Shown: positions 9,551 through 19,174, numbered from the stretch's first letter. The stretch: 48,226 bases of DNA from Methanotrichaceae archaeon (GCA_963803145.1 CAWDLW010000044.1:1-48226), one strand, 5' to 3'. The notes: a model not told the origin generated them from the sequence alone. Numbers and translations: made by a program.

Positions 9551-10852
9551 ATGGAAGTGAAGCTTGATCCCTGGGGCGCAGTTTACGTAGATGATTATTC
9601 AAAGCTCTTCGATGAGTTCGGGATATCGAGCTTCGAGAATATATTGCTGCAAATTGAGAAGCCCCATAAATATATGAAGCGCAAGATCATCTTCGGCCAC
9701 CGGAATTACGACTCTGTTCTTCGCGCGATGATGGAGCACAAGCCCTTTGCAGTCATGAGCGGCTTCATGCCCTCAGGAAGAGCACATTTTGGCCATATGA
9801 TGGTCATGAATGAGATCATCTGGCATCAGAGGCAAGGCGGGGATGCATTCGCAGCTATAGCCGACATGGAGGCTCATGCCGTCAGGGGAATAAGCTGGAG
9901 CAGATGTAAAGAGCTCGGCATTAACGAATATATCCTCAGCCTTATTGCTCTAGGATTCGAGCCCTCAGGCCACATATATTTCCAATCCGAGAACTTCAAA
10001 ATGAGAAACCTCGCATTCGAGCTGGGCATAGAGGCAAACTTTTCAGAGGTCAGCGCTATTTATGGCTTTACAGGAGAGACGCATATATCCCATATGGAAA
10101 GCGTCATGGCGCAGAGTGCAGACATTCTTCACCCACAGCTGAAGGAATATGGCGGCCCAAAGCCTGTTGTTATTCCTGTCGGCGCCGATCAGGATGCCCA
10201 TATAAGGCTCACCCGTGATCTTGCCTATCGGATGCGAAAATTCCTTGTTGAGCCACGTGTTGGGTATACAAGCATACGGGGTAAAGCTGCAGAGCCTGCA
10301 CTTATTGAGGCGGCTGTAGCGAGACTGAAGCAGGCGGGCTATGATGACATAAAGAAGTACGAAGAGCATATAGATGTCCCTGGAACTATGGAAGTTGATG
10401 AGATAGACGAGCTGATACGCGGCGTCGAAGTATGTCACGGGGAATATGGTTTTGTTCCTCCAGCGTCTATTTATCACAGGTTTATGACAGGTCTCACAGG
10501 CGGAAAGATGTCCTCCTCAAAGCCTGAAAGCCATATTGCCTTGACTGAGGATCCAAAAGAGGCTGCCAAGAAGGTTATGAAAGCCATAACCGGCGGTCGT
10601 CAAAGCTTATCCGAGCAGCGTAAACTCGGAGGGGAGCCTGAAAAATGCTCCATCTATGAGTTCCTTTTGTTCCATCTCTCCGAGGATAATCAAGAGATGG
10701 TGGAGCTGAATGAGGAATGCAGAAGTGGAAGACGCATGTGCGGAACATGCAAGAAGGATGTGGCTGAGAGGATTGAACGATTCTTGCGTGAACATCAGAG
10801 GGCACGTGAAGCCGCACGTGAAAGGCTGCCGGAGTTCGGGATAAAGGCATAA
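9551..10852 (+). CDS. trpS: tryptophanyl-tRNA synthetase (archaeal type)
   Basis: LDPWG, IIFGHR, GFMPSG..HFGH (HIGH), PVGADQD, KMSSS motifs. Confidence 0.96.
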   Translation: MEVKLDPWGAVYVDDYSKLFDEFGISSFENILLQIEKPHKYMKRKIIFGHRNYDSVLRAMMEHKPFAVMSGFMPSGRAHFGHMMVMNEIIWHQRQGGDAFAAIADMEAHAVRGISWSRCKELGINEYILSLIALGFEPSGHIYFQSENFKMRNLAFELGIEANFSEVSAIYGFTGETHISHMESVMAQSADILHPQLKEYGGPKPVVIPVGADQDAHIRLTRDLAYRMRKFLVEPRVGYTSIRGKAAEPALIEAAVARLKQAGYDDIKKYEEHIDVPGTMEVDEIDELIRGVEVCHGEYGFVPPASIYHRFMTGLTGGKMSSSKPESHIALTEDPKEAAKKVMKAITGGRQSLSEQRKLGGEPEKCSIYEFLLFHLSEDNQEMVELNEECRSGRRMCGTCKKDVAERIERFLREHQRAREAARERLPEFGIKA

Positions 10853-10958
10853 GGCATAGAGCTTTAAACTTTTTCTTGAAAATAAGCAGGATAAAAATGC
10901 CTCTTAACAGCAGTAACCACTGTATAAAGACGGCAGCCTTCGGTTTGTTCTCAAATAG

Positions 10959-11417
10959 CTAGTGTACTACAACCTTTTCTTTTTTCCAGCACTTTATCTC
11001 CATTATTTCAGTCTCAGGATAGTTCCCGGTCTCATCTTTTTCCAGGTACTTCACCATATCCCAAATGTTCAGCAGGGCCGCTGCCACTCCTGTCAAAGCC
11101 TCCATCTCCACGCCGGTCTTGCCAAAGGAGGTCACTGTAACTGTGGTCTTAACAATCCGATGCTCGATTTGAAAATCAACATCTATGCCCGTGATGGGAA
11201 TTGGATGGCACATAGGAATTATGCGGGGCGTATCCTTGACAGCCAGGATTGCTGCTATCCTGGCTGTTGTGAGTGCATCACCTTTCTTTATCTGTCCAGA
11301 TCTTATCGCCTCAATCGTTGATTCTTTGAGCCTGATCAGGCCCGTGGCTTTGGCTACCCTCTGAACCGGAAGTTTATCTGTTATATTCACCATACCGGAG
11401 ATCTGATCATCGTTCAA
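10959..11417 (-). CDS. moaC: cyclic pyranopterin monophosphate synthase
   Basis: MVNITDK, IPMCHP, GVEMEALTG, IWDMVK motifs. Confidence 0.96.
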   Translation of the reverse strand: MNDDQISGMVNITDKLPVQRVAKATGLIRLKESTIEAIRSGQIKKGDALTTARIAAILAVKDTPRIIPMCHPIPITGIDVDFQIEHRIVKTTVTVTSFGKTGVEMEALTGVAAALLNIWDMVKYLEKDETGNYPETEIMEIKCWKKEKVVVH

Positions 11418-12826
11418 AATTCCAGCCTCATAGCCTCAGGGATCTTCTCTACAACATCTGTCGCGACCATGCCAAAGTCCTTTTCCACATAGACCAGATC
11501 CCCTGCAAGACCATTCACAAAAGCTGCCGCGGTTGCAGCCCTTATTGCTGTAGTCCTCGCATAGAAAGCGGCAGTCACGCCTGCGAGCACGTCGCCCGTT
11601 CCGCCTACAGTCATACCGGGATTTCCTGTTGTATTTCCTCGAACATTCTCGCCATCTGTAATCAGATCGACCCTGCCCTTTAAAAGGACGACAAGGCCTT
11701 TTTCTTTTGCATAACCTTTCACCGGCGCAATACGCTCCTCGTAATATGCCTCGTGGGCTTCAGGCAGCTTTATGCTGCTTATCCTCATGAATTCTCCAGC
11801 GTGAGGCGTAACTATGCCTTTCAAAGGCAGATCAGGCTGCAGTGCATCTGCATCAATCACCGTTTTCTTACAGAGCGGAATGATCTCCGCCAAAGCCTCC
11901 TTTGTTTCAGGGTGACGACCAAGGCCCATTCCCATGACGACCACATCGTGTTTCGGGATTAGATCCTTCAGCACATTTAGATCCGAGGGGGATAGGTGAT
12001 CTTCAGATAGCGCCCTTACAATTAGGTTAGGAGAGTAACTTGAGATTATCTCGGATGCACTCTCTGGTGTGGCTACGGTAGCAATATCTACGCCAGCCCT
12101 GAGAGCCGCCATTGCAGTCAGCGCAGGAGCTCCCGTATAAGGTCCGCCGCCTATCACCAGAATCCTGCCGCTATCGCCTTTATGGGCTTCAGGCGATCTC
12201 TTTCCTATAAGCCATAGATCCCCGGGGCCCACAAGAAATTCGGCCTCTGAAGGTATGCCTATATCCACAACCTTTACCTTCCCAATCATGCTGGGCTTAG
12301 GCTTGTGGAAAGTGACTGTAAGATCAGAGTTGACTGTTTTATTTGTTCCTAAACCGCTAGGAACATCCACAGATATGACCGGCCTTGAGCAGGAATTGAT
12401 GGCATCTATAGCCATAGCCTCGATCCCTTTGATAGTACCTCTTACGCCAGTTCCAAATATCGCATCTACAATAAGATCGTATTCTCTTAGAGACAAATCA
12501 TCGGGATCTTCAACTTCCATCAAGTTAAAGCCGAGCCTTTCCAATATCTTCCAGTTCCTTCTGGCCTCCTCAGTAGAGATATCCCTTGATTTTCCGATAA
12601 GATAAACTGTCGTTTTAAAGCCGCTGAGGTGACGTGCGGCCACGAATGCATCACCGCCATTATTTCCCCTGCCGGCAACTATGGCTATCCTTTTACCGGA
12701 GGCCATTGCCTCGATCTCACCTGCCAGAGTAGCGCCAGCATTCTCCATAAGCTGTAGGGGAAGAAGCCCGAAATATTTACAATTAATATCAAGAGCCTTC
12801 ATTTCTTCAGCTGTTATCTGAACCAT
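11414..12826 (-). CDS. nnr: bifunctional NAD(P)HX epimerase/dehydratase
   Basis: LMENAG, GNNGGD, DAIFGTG, VDVPSG (YjeF_N); HKG, IDADAL, TPHAGEF, GGTGDVLAG (YjeF_C). Confidence 0.94.
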   Translation of the reverse strand: MVQITAEEMKALDINCKYFGLLPLQLMENAGATLAGEIEAMASGKRIAIVAGRGNNGGDAFVAARHLSGFKTTVYLIGKSRDISTEEARRNWKILERLGFNLMEVEDPDDLSLREYDLIVDAIFGTGVRGTIKGIEAMAIDAINSCSRPVISVDVPSGLGTNKTVNSDLTVTFHKPKPSMIGKVKVVDIGIPSEAEFLVGPGDLWLIGKRSPEAHKGDSGRILVIGGGPYTGAPALTAMAALRAGVDIATVATPESASEIISSYSPNLIVRALSEDHLSPSDLNVLKDLIPKHDVVVMGMGLGRHPETKEALAEIIPLCKKTVIDADALQPDLPLKGIVTPHAGEFMRISSIKLPEAHEAYYEERIAPVKGYAKEKGLVVLLKGRVDLITDGENVRGNTTGNPGMTVGGTGDVLAGVTAAFYARTTAIRAATAAAFVNGLAGDLVYVEKDFGMVATDVVEKIPEAMRLEF

Positions 12827-13288
12827 AATAGGAACTATACCTTAAAATGGATAAAGCTTCTTGGCTGATATCAGAATATCAGAGATCAATACAGCATAAT
12901 ATATAACATAATTCTTAATATATGGCATAATTCCCATCTACGCAATCTCATTTTCGAACATAAGAAGGCGATTGTACAGTGATCATTATTGATAGAGCTT
13001 TGAAGGCTGACCACTAGATAGCCTCCTTAAGCGTGATATCTAAATCGCTCGCTTATGATCGTTTCTTAGTCTAAGTTCATTGAAATAGATCTTATGGATC
13101 GATCTATGATTATAGTACTAATATATTTTTAGCATTCAAGTTTCATGATAACTTATTAACTATCAATCAGAAAATTAGAAGGAGGCTCTCAAATATAAAT
13201 CACAATCTCTTCGAGATTATCAATGAGGGCGGATGATGTTACCAAAATAGGTAACTATCGGCAAGTTACCAAAAGGAGGAATAAATAT

Positions 13289-13792
13289 ATGAAGAAAATC
13301 TTATCCGTGATCGCAGTATGTCTTTTTATACTGCTAACAAATATTCCGGCGGTCTTGGCTTGTAGCGTGCCCGAGACGCCTGTAGTTCCAACTCAGACGT
13401 GTCCAACACCTGGAATTCCCACTACCCCTGCTCCAAACTGTCCAACGCCCGGAATCCCGACCACGCCTGCTCCAAACTGTCCAACACCTGGAATTCCCAC
13501 TACGCCTGCTTCAAACTGTCCAACACCTGGAATCCCGACCACGCCTGCTCCAAACTGTCCAACACCTGGAATTCCCACTACCCCTGCTCCAAACTGTCCA
13601 ACACCTGGAATCCCGACCACGCCTGCTTCAAACTGTCCAACGCCCGGAATTCCCACTACCCCTGCTCCAAACTGTCCAACGCCCGGAATTCCCACTACCC
13701 CTGCTCCAAACTGTCCAACACCCGGAATTCCCACTACGCCAACTCTAAACTGTCCAATACCTGAAACACCTGCGGTTCCCACAAACTGCTGA
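13289..13792 (+). CDS. secreted (possibly lipid-anchored) Cys/Pro/Thr tandem-repeat protein
   Basis: AGGAGG SD before ATG 13289; signal peptide MKKILSVIAVCLFILLTNIPAVLA/C; mature part entirely 13-aa repeats; variation between repeats mostly synonymous in this frame. Confidence 0.85.
   Translation: MKKILSVIAVCLFILLTNIPAVLACSVPETPVVPTQTCPTPGIPTTPAPNCPTPGIPTTPAPNCPTPGIPTTPASNCPTPGIPTTPAPNCPTPGIPTTPAPNCPTPGIPTTPASNCPTPGIPTTPAPNCPTPGIPTTPAPNCPTPGIPTTPTLNCPIPETPAVPTNC
13361..13789 (+). repeat. 39-bp coding tandem repeat: 9 near-identical CPTPGIPTTPAPN-type units (13400-13750) plus 2 divergent flanking units
   Basis: TGTCCAAC(A/G)CC(T/C)GGAAT(T/C)CC..AC..AC..CC.. recurs every 39 nt. Confidence 0.97.
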
Positions 13793-13951
13793 GATAACAT
13801 AGATTAAACCAGAAAATCAGATTAATCAGTAATCTGATAATAATTTTTGATTTTTTAATCCAACTATTGATGATGTTCTCATTTCAGGATGAAATAGAGT
13901 TCGCTAATAACGTAGGTGAGGATTAACTACAAACACAAAAAAGGTTCATAA

Positions 13952-13985
13952 CTGTTATCTCGAAATAACAATCTCGGAATAACAG
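13952..13985. terminator. hairpin between convergent genes (putative terminator)
   Basis: CTGTTAT...ATAACAG inverted repeat immediately past the stop of 13988..14914. Confidence 0.35.
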
Positions 13986-13987
13986 CT

Positions 13988-14914
13988 CTATTTAATTAAA
14001 TTGGGGAGGGGGTTATATGAATCAAAGAAAGACCTGTAATCCCCATATCCAGGCTCAATGAACTGCGTAGCAGGATTACAACCGCACCCTAGCCAATCAT
14101 CATCTCCTCTAGAGAAGTTAAATGTGCTGCGCCTTGAAATCCTCCTATCTATCGTGAATTTGCCCACATACTCTTCAGATGAGACTGAATTTCCAGATTT
14201 ATATTTAAGCTTGGTAGATTTATCTGAGATAGATTGCAGGCGGAAGGCAGTAGCAGAATTCTGCAGATCAAGCTCGTCTATATTTCCAGGGGTTACATCG
14301 GTTATTATCATCGCATTTGAATACACGCCGGCAAATCTAGCTGCTTTGGAGAGATTAGTTGCATAATAATCGGTGTATAACTGGTCCTGATCACTCTTAT
14401 AGTTATTTCTCGTATAGATTCCAAGTCCGCTATAATAGGTCTCATCCTCGCTTCTCACAAGAGTGGGTATGCTTTCGTTGATCTCAGCATAGTATTCAGA
14501 TTGAGCCTGTACAGGGACATTAATGATTGTGCCATTTGCCAAAGTAATCGTTCTGTTAGTCGCTGGTTGGTCGTCGATATTTTCATTTATATAAATCCAA
14601 TTCAATAAAGCTGTTACATTGAGGCTGTTTGTGTTTGAGAGTTTTCCTTGCTTAGCATAGGTAGTTTCCTTAACGCCGATGCCGGCGAACCCAGGGATAT
14701 TCACATACTTTGAGGAGTTTCCAGTGCCAGTACATTGGCCGTCTTCTCTGAAGTTCATTACCTCGGTGGATTGGCTTCTGCTCCACTTAGTGCCACTTAC
14801 ATCAACATTGATATTGTAGCCAATTTTCGCATCAGAATTAACAAGAACAATGAATAAAACTAGCAAGGATACTGCGGCAGGCAGCAGTATCCTACGGCTT
14901 CTAGAACAGCCCAT
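13988..14914 (-). CDS. secreted/membrane-anchored hypothetical beta-rich protein
   Basis: RSRR + hydrophobic N-terminus; Ser/Thr/Asn/Tyr rich; several N-x-S/T sequons; C-terminal DDDWLGCGC motif. Confidence 0.8.
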   Translation of the reverse strand: MGCSRSRRILLPAAVSLLVLFIVLVNSDAKIGYNINVDVSGTKWSRSQSTEVMNFREDGQCTGTGNSSKYVNIPGFAGIGVKETTYAKQGKLSNTNSLNVTALLNWIYINENIDDQPATNRTITLANGTIINVPVQAQSEYYAEINESIPTLVRSEDETYYSGLGIYTRNNYKSDQDQLYTDYYATNLSKAARFAGVYSNAMIITDVTPGNIDELDLQNSATAFRLQSISDKSTKLKYKSGNSVSSEEYVGKFTIDRRISRRSTFNFSRGDDDWLGCGCNPATQFIEPGYGDYRSFFDSYNPLPNLIK

Positions 14915-14932
14915 CTCATCAGACCTCTCGAA

Positions 14933-16096
14933 TTATCTATTAATCTCATAAGACATATATAACTCTTTTGAGACCCCTATAAACCCGAAAGGTGATAGAT
15001 ACAGCGGTCCAGCATACTTATCAGTTAACCCCTGTGCCTTGCCGACTATCCTCATATCCGTATTCCTATTTCCATTGTACGCTGTAACGGCTATCGTATC
15101 TTTTGAAGAGTCAACATTGCTGTCCACGAAGGTATTCCATGTATACATCACAGGGACATCGGTTCTGCTTCCATACTTTCCTTCCCCAGTTGTTAAGTTT
15201 GCATCAATTACTGAAGACTTTCCGCCATAAGTCATCGTGATCTCATCAACAAACCCACTTGGGGAATCCCTTGCAACTTTGCCTTGGCCATTAGAATCCA
15301 AAACATCCGCTGTATTCTTTATCAGATCTTTATACATGCAAGCATCGGTAACTACAGCCTCATTTATCAAGGTGCTCGGATTGAAGTAGTTGACATTGGC
15401 AAGTCCTGTCTCAATCGTATATGATACATCCGCCTTATCATCTACCTGCCGACCTGCGTTGAAGCTCTTTTCGTAGTTCAATTTATCTTTAGCAACTCCA
15501 TTGAATCCTGTTCCAAAGGTGCCATCCTTAGAATCAACAAGGATGTCATCTTCTAAATGTCCAATACCCCCAACTAGATCACCATCTCCTGCTCCGGCTA
15601 ATGAGTAAGGTTGCACTTTAGCACCATGTACATATTTTACGTTATCTGCAGCGATATTCTCAAATACAGTTCCACCATCGGTGAAGTAATTAGCTGCCGT
15701 TTGACCTGATTGCAAAGTGTAAGAGATTGCTGTTGCATCTGTTGCCTGAGCACCGGCTGCAAGACTCCGTTGGTAATCGAACTGTTTATCGGAAACTGCC
15801 TTGATATTTGCTCCGAAGCCGCCGCCTTCCCCGGTCGTTAGAATATGATCCTCAAACGAACCGAGTATGGATTCATTAGCCAGGACTGCATTCGCAGCTG
15901 CAAAAAGAGAGTCCCGATATATGCTCACCTGGTTAGCATAGCTCATATTGCTCAAGGCCATATCCTCAGTTACACTGCCTCCATCTGTATAATAGCTGTT
16001 ATATGTATGAACGTATCCCGAGGCGATAGATGTGATAGAGGCGATAGATGTAATTAATATGACGATAGAGATTAGGATTAATCTAATACAAACCAC
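14933..16096 (-). CDS. secreted hypothetical protein with ~100-aa internal repeats
   Basis: Signal peptide; repeats starting YYTDGG (aa 35), YFTDGG (aa 137), YFNPST (aa 237) with conserved ED-x-IL, FG and SYT elements. Confidence 0.82.
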   Translation of the reverse strand: MVCIRLILISIVILITSIASITSIASGYVHTYNSYYTDGGSVTEDMALSNMSYANQVSIYRDSLFAAANAVLANESILGSFEDHILTTGEGGGFGANIKAVSDKQFDYQRSLAAGAQATDATAISYTLQSGQTAANYFTDGGTVFENIAADNVKYVHGAKVQPYSLAGAGDGDLVGGIGHLEDDILVDSKDGTFGTGFNGVAKDKLNYEKSFNAGRQVDDKADVSYTIETGLANVNYFNPSTLINEAVVTDACMYKDLIKNTADVLDSNGQGKVARDSPSGFVDEITMTYGGKSSVIDANLTTGEGKYGSRTDVPVMYTWNTFVDSNVDSSKDTIAVTAYNGNRNTDMRIVGKAQGLTDKYAGPLYLSPFGFIGVSKELYMSYEINR

Positions 16097-16126
16097 CTGC
16101 CGATATTATTTCACTTATCTCCAAGC

Positions 16127-16759
16127 TCACTCAGCTCCAGTGCCGACTACTATCTTCTCGCCTTCACCCCACCTACAAGTGACGCCGAGATCCTGATTGC
16201 TATCGGTGAAATATGCATCATTTTCTGTAGTATAGCCGATTCCATGATCAGTACAATAATCGCTTAGTGCCTCAAGATCCTGTGTGGGAATATTCTCCAG
16301 TGAAGAGTTGAGATTAACCGCTGTTAGATTCAGGTTATCCGGAAATTCCAAACTGCTTTTCCAGTCAGCATTGGGTGAGCCGGGATTGTTCGAATCTACA
16401 CTGATATCACAACCATTTTTCATAACAACATTTGATTCAGCAGGTAGATGTAGTGTATTTGCTGTCGTTAAGACTGTAGGATATTTCCGTCCATCCTGAT
16501 CGGTTACGACCAAATAAGCAGTGCTGTTCATTGATATATCTTTAACATCTACAACGGCTAGCCCAGCACCATAAGCCACATTTAATTGATTGGCATGATA
16601 ATAAGGTTCTTGAATTAGGCCATTTACTGATTTCAGGTCTGATCCGCCGGATAATGTAGCGTTCAATTTGTTAGTACTGTAGAAGGTATCTATAGCAGAA
16701 TGCCCCAAGCTACAGAATATCATCAAGATCAGCCCCATAAACAAGAGTGCTCTTTTCAT
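16127..16759 (-). CDS. secreted hypothetical acidic Asn/Ser/Thr-rich protein
   Basis: GGAGG SD before ATG 16759; signal peptide MKRALLFMGLILMIFCSLGHSA. Confidence 0.8.
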   Translation of the reverse strand: MKRALLFMGLILMIFCSLGHSAIDTFYSTNKLNATLSGGSDLKSVNGLIQEPYYHANQLNVAYGAGLAVVDVKDISMNSTAYLVVTDQDGRKYPTVLTTANTLHLPAESNVVMKNGCDISVDSNNPGSPNADWKSSLEFPDNLNLTAVNLNSSLENIPTQDLEALSDYCTDHGIGYTTENDAYFTDSNQDLGVTCRWGEGEKIVVGTGAE

Positions 16760-16832
16760 ATAGTTCCTCCGAATTGACATATAAGGAAAGGCGAGATTTG
16801 GAATCTCGTCTTTCTGACATAGCAATGCATGT

Positions 16833-17759
16833 TTATATATCAGTCGTTATTTTTGATTGCTGTAACACTGAGCCGCCTACTACACGGTTATTGTCTCCGT
16901 TCAAAGTTATATCATGTGTTATAGAATTGCCACACCCAAGAGCATTTGCATTCTCATTGATCGTCTGATATTCTACTGCTTCAGTCAGGCTGGCATCATC
17001 TGAGCTGATCGTAGCAAGCTGATTTATGCTATTGGCACTGCCTTCTGCCGCGGATATTTGATCAATTGTCTGCTTTAATGATGAACCATATAAGCTAGTT
17101 CCATCGGTATTTTGATTGGTTTCCTGGTATGCATTGTTGTTACCGCCGTAAAGGTTAGCGCTGCCTACCATCAGCTGCCATATCTTTGAACTGACCAAGC
17201 AGCTATAGTTCACACTTTGATTAACACGCTGGTCCAAGCTATTATCACTACCCACTAAACAGGAAGCCTTTAGTAGTGAGAACTGACTTAAATTGCTCGT
17301 AGTGAGCATATTATTATATGAATCCACAGAAGTCGTCTGAGATGCACTATTATTTGAGCCTACAATTTCAGCCATTTGAGTGGCTCCCTGAGATAAATTG
17401 CTTCCGACAAGGTTGTTGTATTTCGAATTAAAATCTATGTTCTGCCCTAGATAGTTATCATTGCCGGTCACGTTGCCTACAATACTGCAAACTTGTGTCA
17501 TGCCAGTTGGAGCATCCTCGGTACCTGTCAAGGTATTGTCATTGGCATAAGCATCAATATCCTGGCTAACATAGTTGTTGTTTCCCTGAACATAAGCAAT
17601 TGCATAAGTCTCCTGTGCGATATAGACATCGCCAGTAACGCAATTTCCTTGCGCCTCTTGATAGATGTCAACAGAGATCTGGTTGTCATTGCCTGTTGCA
17701 GCAGCTAATGATATCAGCAGCATCAAGCCAACGACGAGCATTGCTATATAATCATTCAT
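16833..17759 (-). CDS. secreted Asn/Gln-ladder repeat protein (curlin-like/beta-solenoid candidate)
   Basis: GGAGG SD before ATG 17759; signal peptide ending LAAA; eight ~35-aa repeats G-x-x-N-x3-Q...N-x-L-x-G...Q. Confidence 0.82.
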   Translation of the reverse strand: MNDYIAMLVVGLMLLISLAAATGNDNQISVDIYQEAQGNCVTGDVYIAQETYAIAYVQGNNNYVSQDIDAYANDNTLTGTEDAPTGMTQVCSIVGNVTGNDNYLGQNIDFNSKYNNLVGSNLSQGATQMAEIVGSNNSASQTTSVDSYNNMLTTSNLSQFSLLKASCLVGSDNSLDQRVNQSVNYSCLVSSKIWQLMVGSANLYGGNNNAYQETNQNTDGTSLYGSSLKQTIDQISAAEGSANSINQLATISSDDASLTEAVEYQTINENANALGCGNSITHDITLNGDNNRVVGGSVLQQSKITTDI

Positions 17760-18800
17760 AACTTGCCTCCTAATGGCTTTCCCCAACATCCCTCAAGAGG
17801 ACAAGCCCTTTCAGGAATGTTACAATAAGTTTGTATTTATCTTTAATAAAATGTTGCGAAATGTAATTTAGAAAACATAATCAATAGCGAAGTTAAGGAT
17901 GTTCGTTTTGTAGCTCTGATGCTGAATAATCATACTTATTTAAATCGATTGATTGGGCTTGATTCGAGCTTAAAATAGCCACAAATCTGGGATATTGATA
18001 ATAATACACGTACAATTCTTATACGAATAAATTTTTATTGTTATGAGATTTATAACAAAAAACATCCAAAATTAATCATGCAGAGTTTGAACCTAACTAT
18101 TTGAATAAAATATATCAGATTGCCTGATAGTCTGTTCAGCATTAATTATCTTGAACTATTCTGTCAAACCCTTATCAAACCATACCAAAAGCATCTAAAA
18201 TTATAGCTTGAATACTGCCCGTAAACCGTAAACTTTAATTACTATTAGTCAATTCCCAGATCAAGGATAGATATCAAAGGATTAAGACTTGCCTCCTTAT
18301 GAGTCTATCCTCCCCAACACTAAATAAATGTATTCAAGAAACACTTGGGAGGGCCTATTAGGCAAATAAGGAAATTTTTTATCACCCTTTCCTGCGCGAA
18401 ATTATAGTACAGTTGATAGTCAATGCTCTTCAATCATTATACCGAGATATGTACATAATCTAGAACTATAGGGGACTAGCCGATATTAGTTTAATAGATC
18501 ATAGACAAAAATTGCTTACAAATAGGGTGCTATCGCGACTGTAAGATTTTGTAAGAGATAATATAGATAGTCAGTATAGAGATATATGCACAAGCGGTTA
18601 ATCTGCCATAGTATAGAAAGCCTTTTTTGTATCATGCCGAATAAAATCTAACAAATTCACTATATGTGTAGGTCAAAGCAATTAATAATGGATAATATCC
18701 CACTTGTCCATGTGACTACCATACATCCCTATTTATTGATAAAATTAATTTGTGTTTTATTAATATAGTTGATTTTCATGTGCTAAGATCCTTATTATAC

Positions 18801-18846
18801 ATCCGATAAACTTTTATTGTTTGATGAATCTAAAGAATATTGCTGA
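18801..18846 (+). promoter_or_regulatory. promoter of regulator 1 (BRE/TATA plus conserved downstream element)
   Basis: ATCCGATAAACTTTTATTG...ATTGCTGA; 35/46 ungapped identity (hand-aligned) to 19974-20019. Confidence 0.65.
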
Positions 18847-18925
18847 GTCTCAACTACGGCATATCCGATTATCTGAGCGGTTTATGAGAGTTCGAGAAGC
18901 GAAGGTTTGACACGGGAGGAAATTT

Positions 18926-19174
18926 ATGAAACGAAGCCGACATAAGATAATATCACAGATACTAGATATATGTGTTACTGGTGCAAGCAAGACGAGAATA
19001 GTATATCAAGCAAACCTAAACTTCAGAACTGTAAATCCTTACATAGATCTTCTAATGAAAAATGATCTATTGAAAGTAAAGCAGGGACAAACAGTACTAT
19101 ATGAAACAACCGAAAGAGGAATAAATCTTCTCGAGAGCTTTAAGCAAATACATAGCGAATTATCAGAACTGTGA
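18926..19174 (+). CDS. small winged-helix transcriptional regulator (COG3432-like)
   Basis: MKRS..II..IL..C..GA.KT.IVYQANLNF..V..Y...L...YETT.RG pattern; GGAGG SD. Confidence 0.88.
   Translation: MKRSRHKIISQILDICVTGASKTRIVYQANLNFRTVNPYIDLLMKNDLLKVKQGQTVLYETTERGINLLESFKQIHSELSEL

Noticed and set aside
13153-13162. 10-nt match (TTATTAACTA) to the seed of the putative omega-RNA guide, upstream of the Cys-repeat gene
   Set aside because: The match is short and very AT-rich in an AT-rich region, and the adjacent motif differs from the element's inferred TTTAA(C); likely chance.
13361-13789. 39-bp repeat array as a CRISPR or non-coding array
   Set aside because: The units are contiguous with no unique spacers, vary mainly at third codon positions, lie in frame behind a signal peptide, and no cas genes are present.
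13393-13800. Antisense and alternative-frame ORFs across the repeat (GVVGIPGVGQFGA; SNTWNSHYPCSKL)
   Set aside because: These are by-products of a stop-free repeat; only the 13289 frame has an SD, a signal peptide and synonymous variation.
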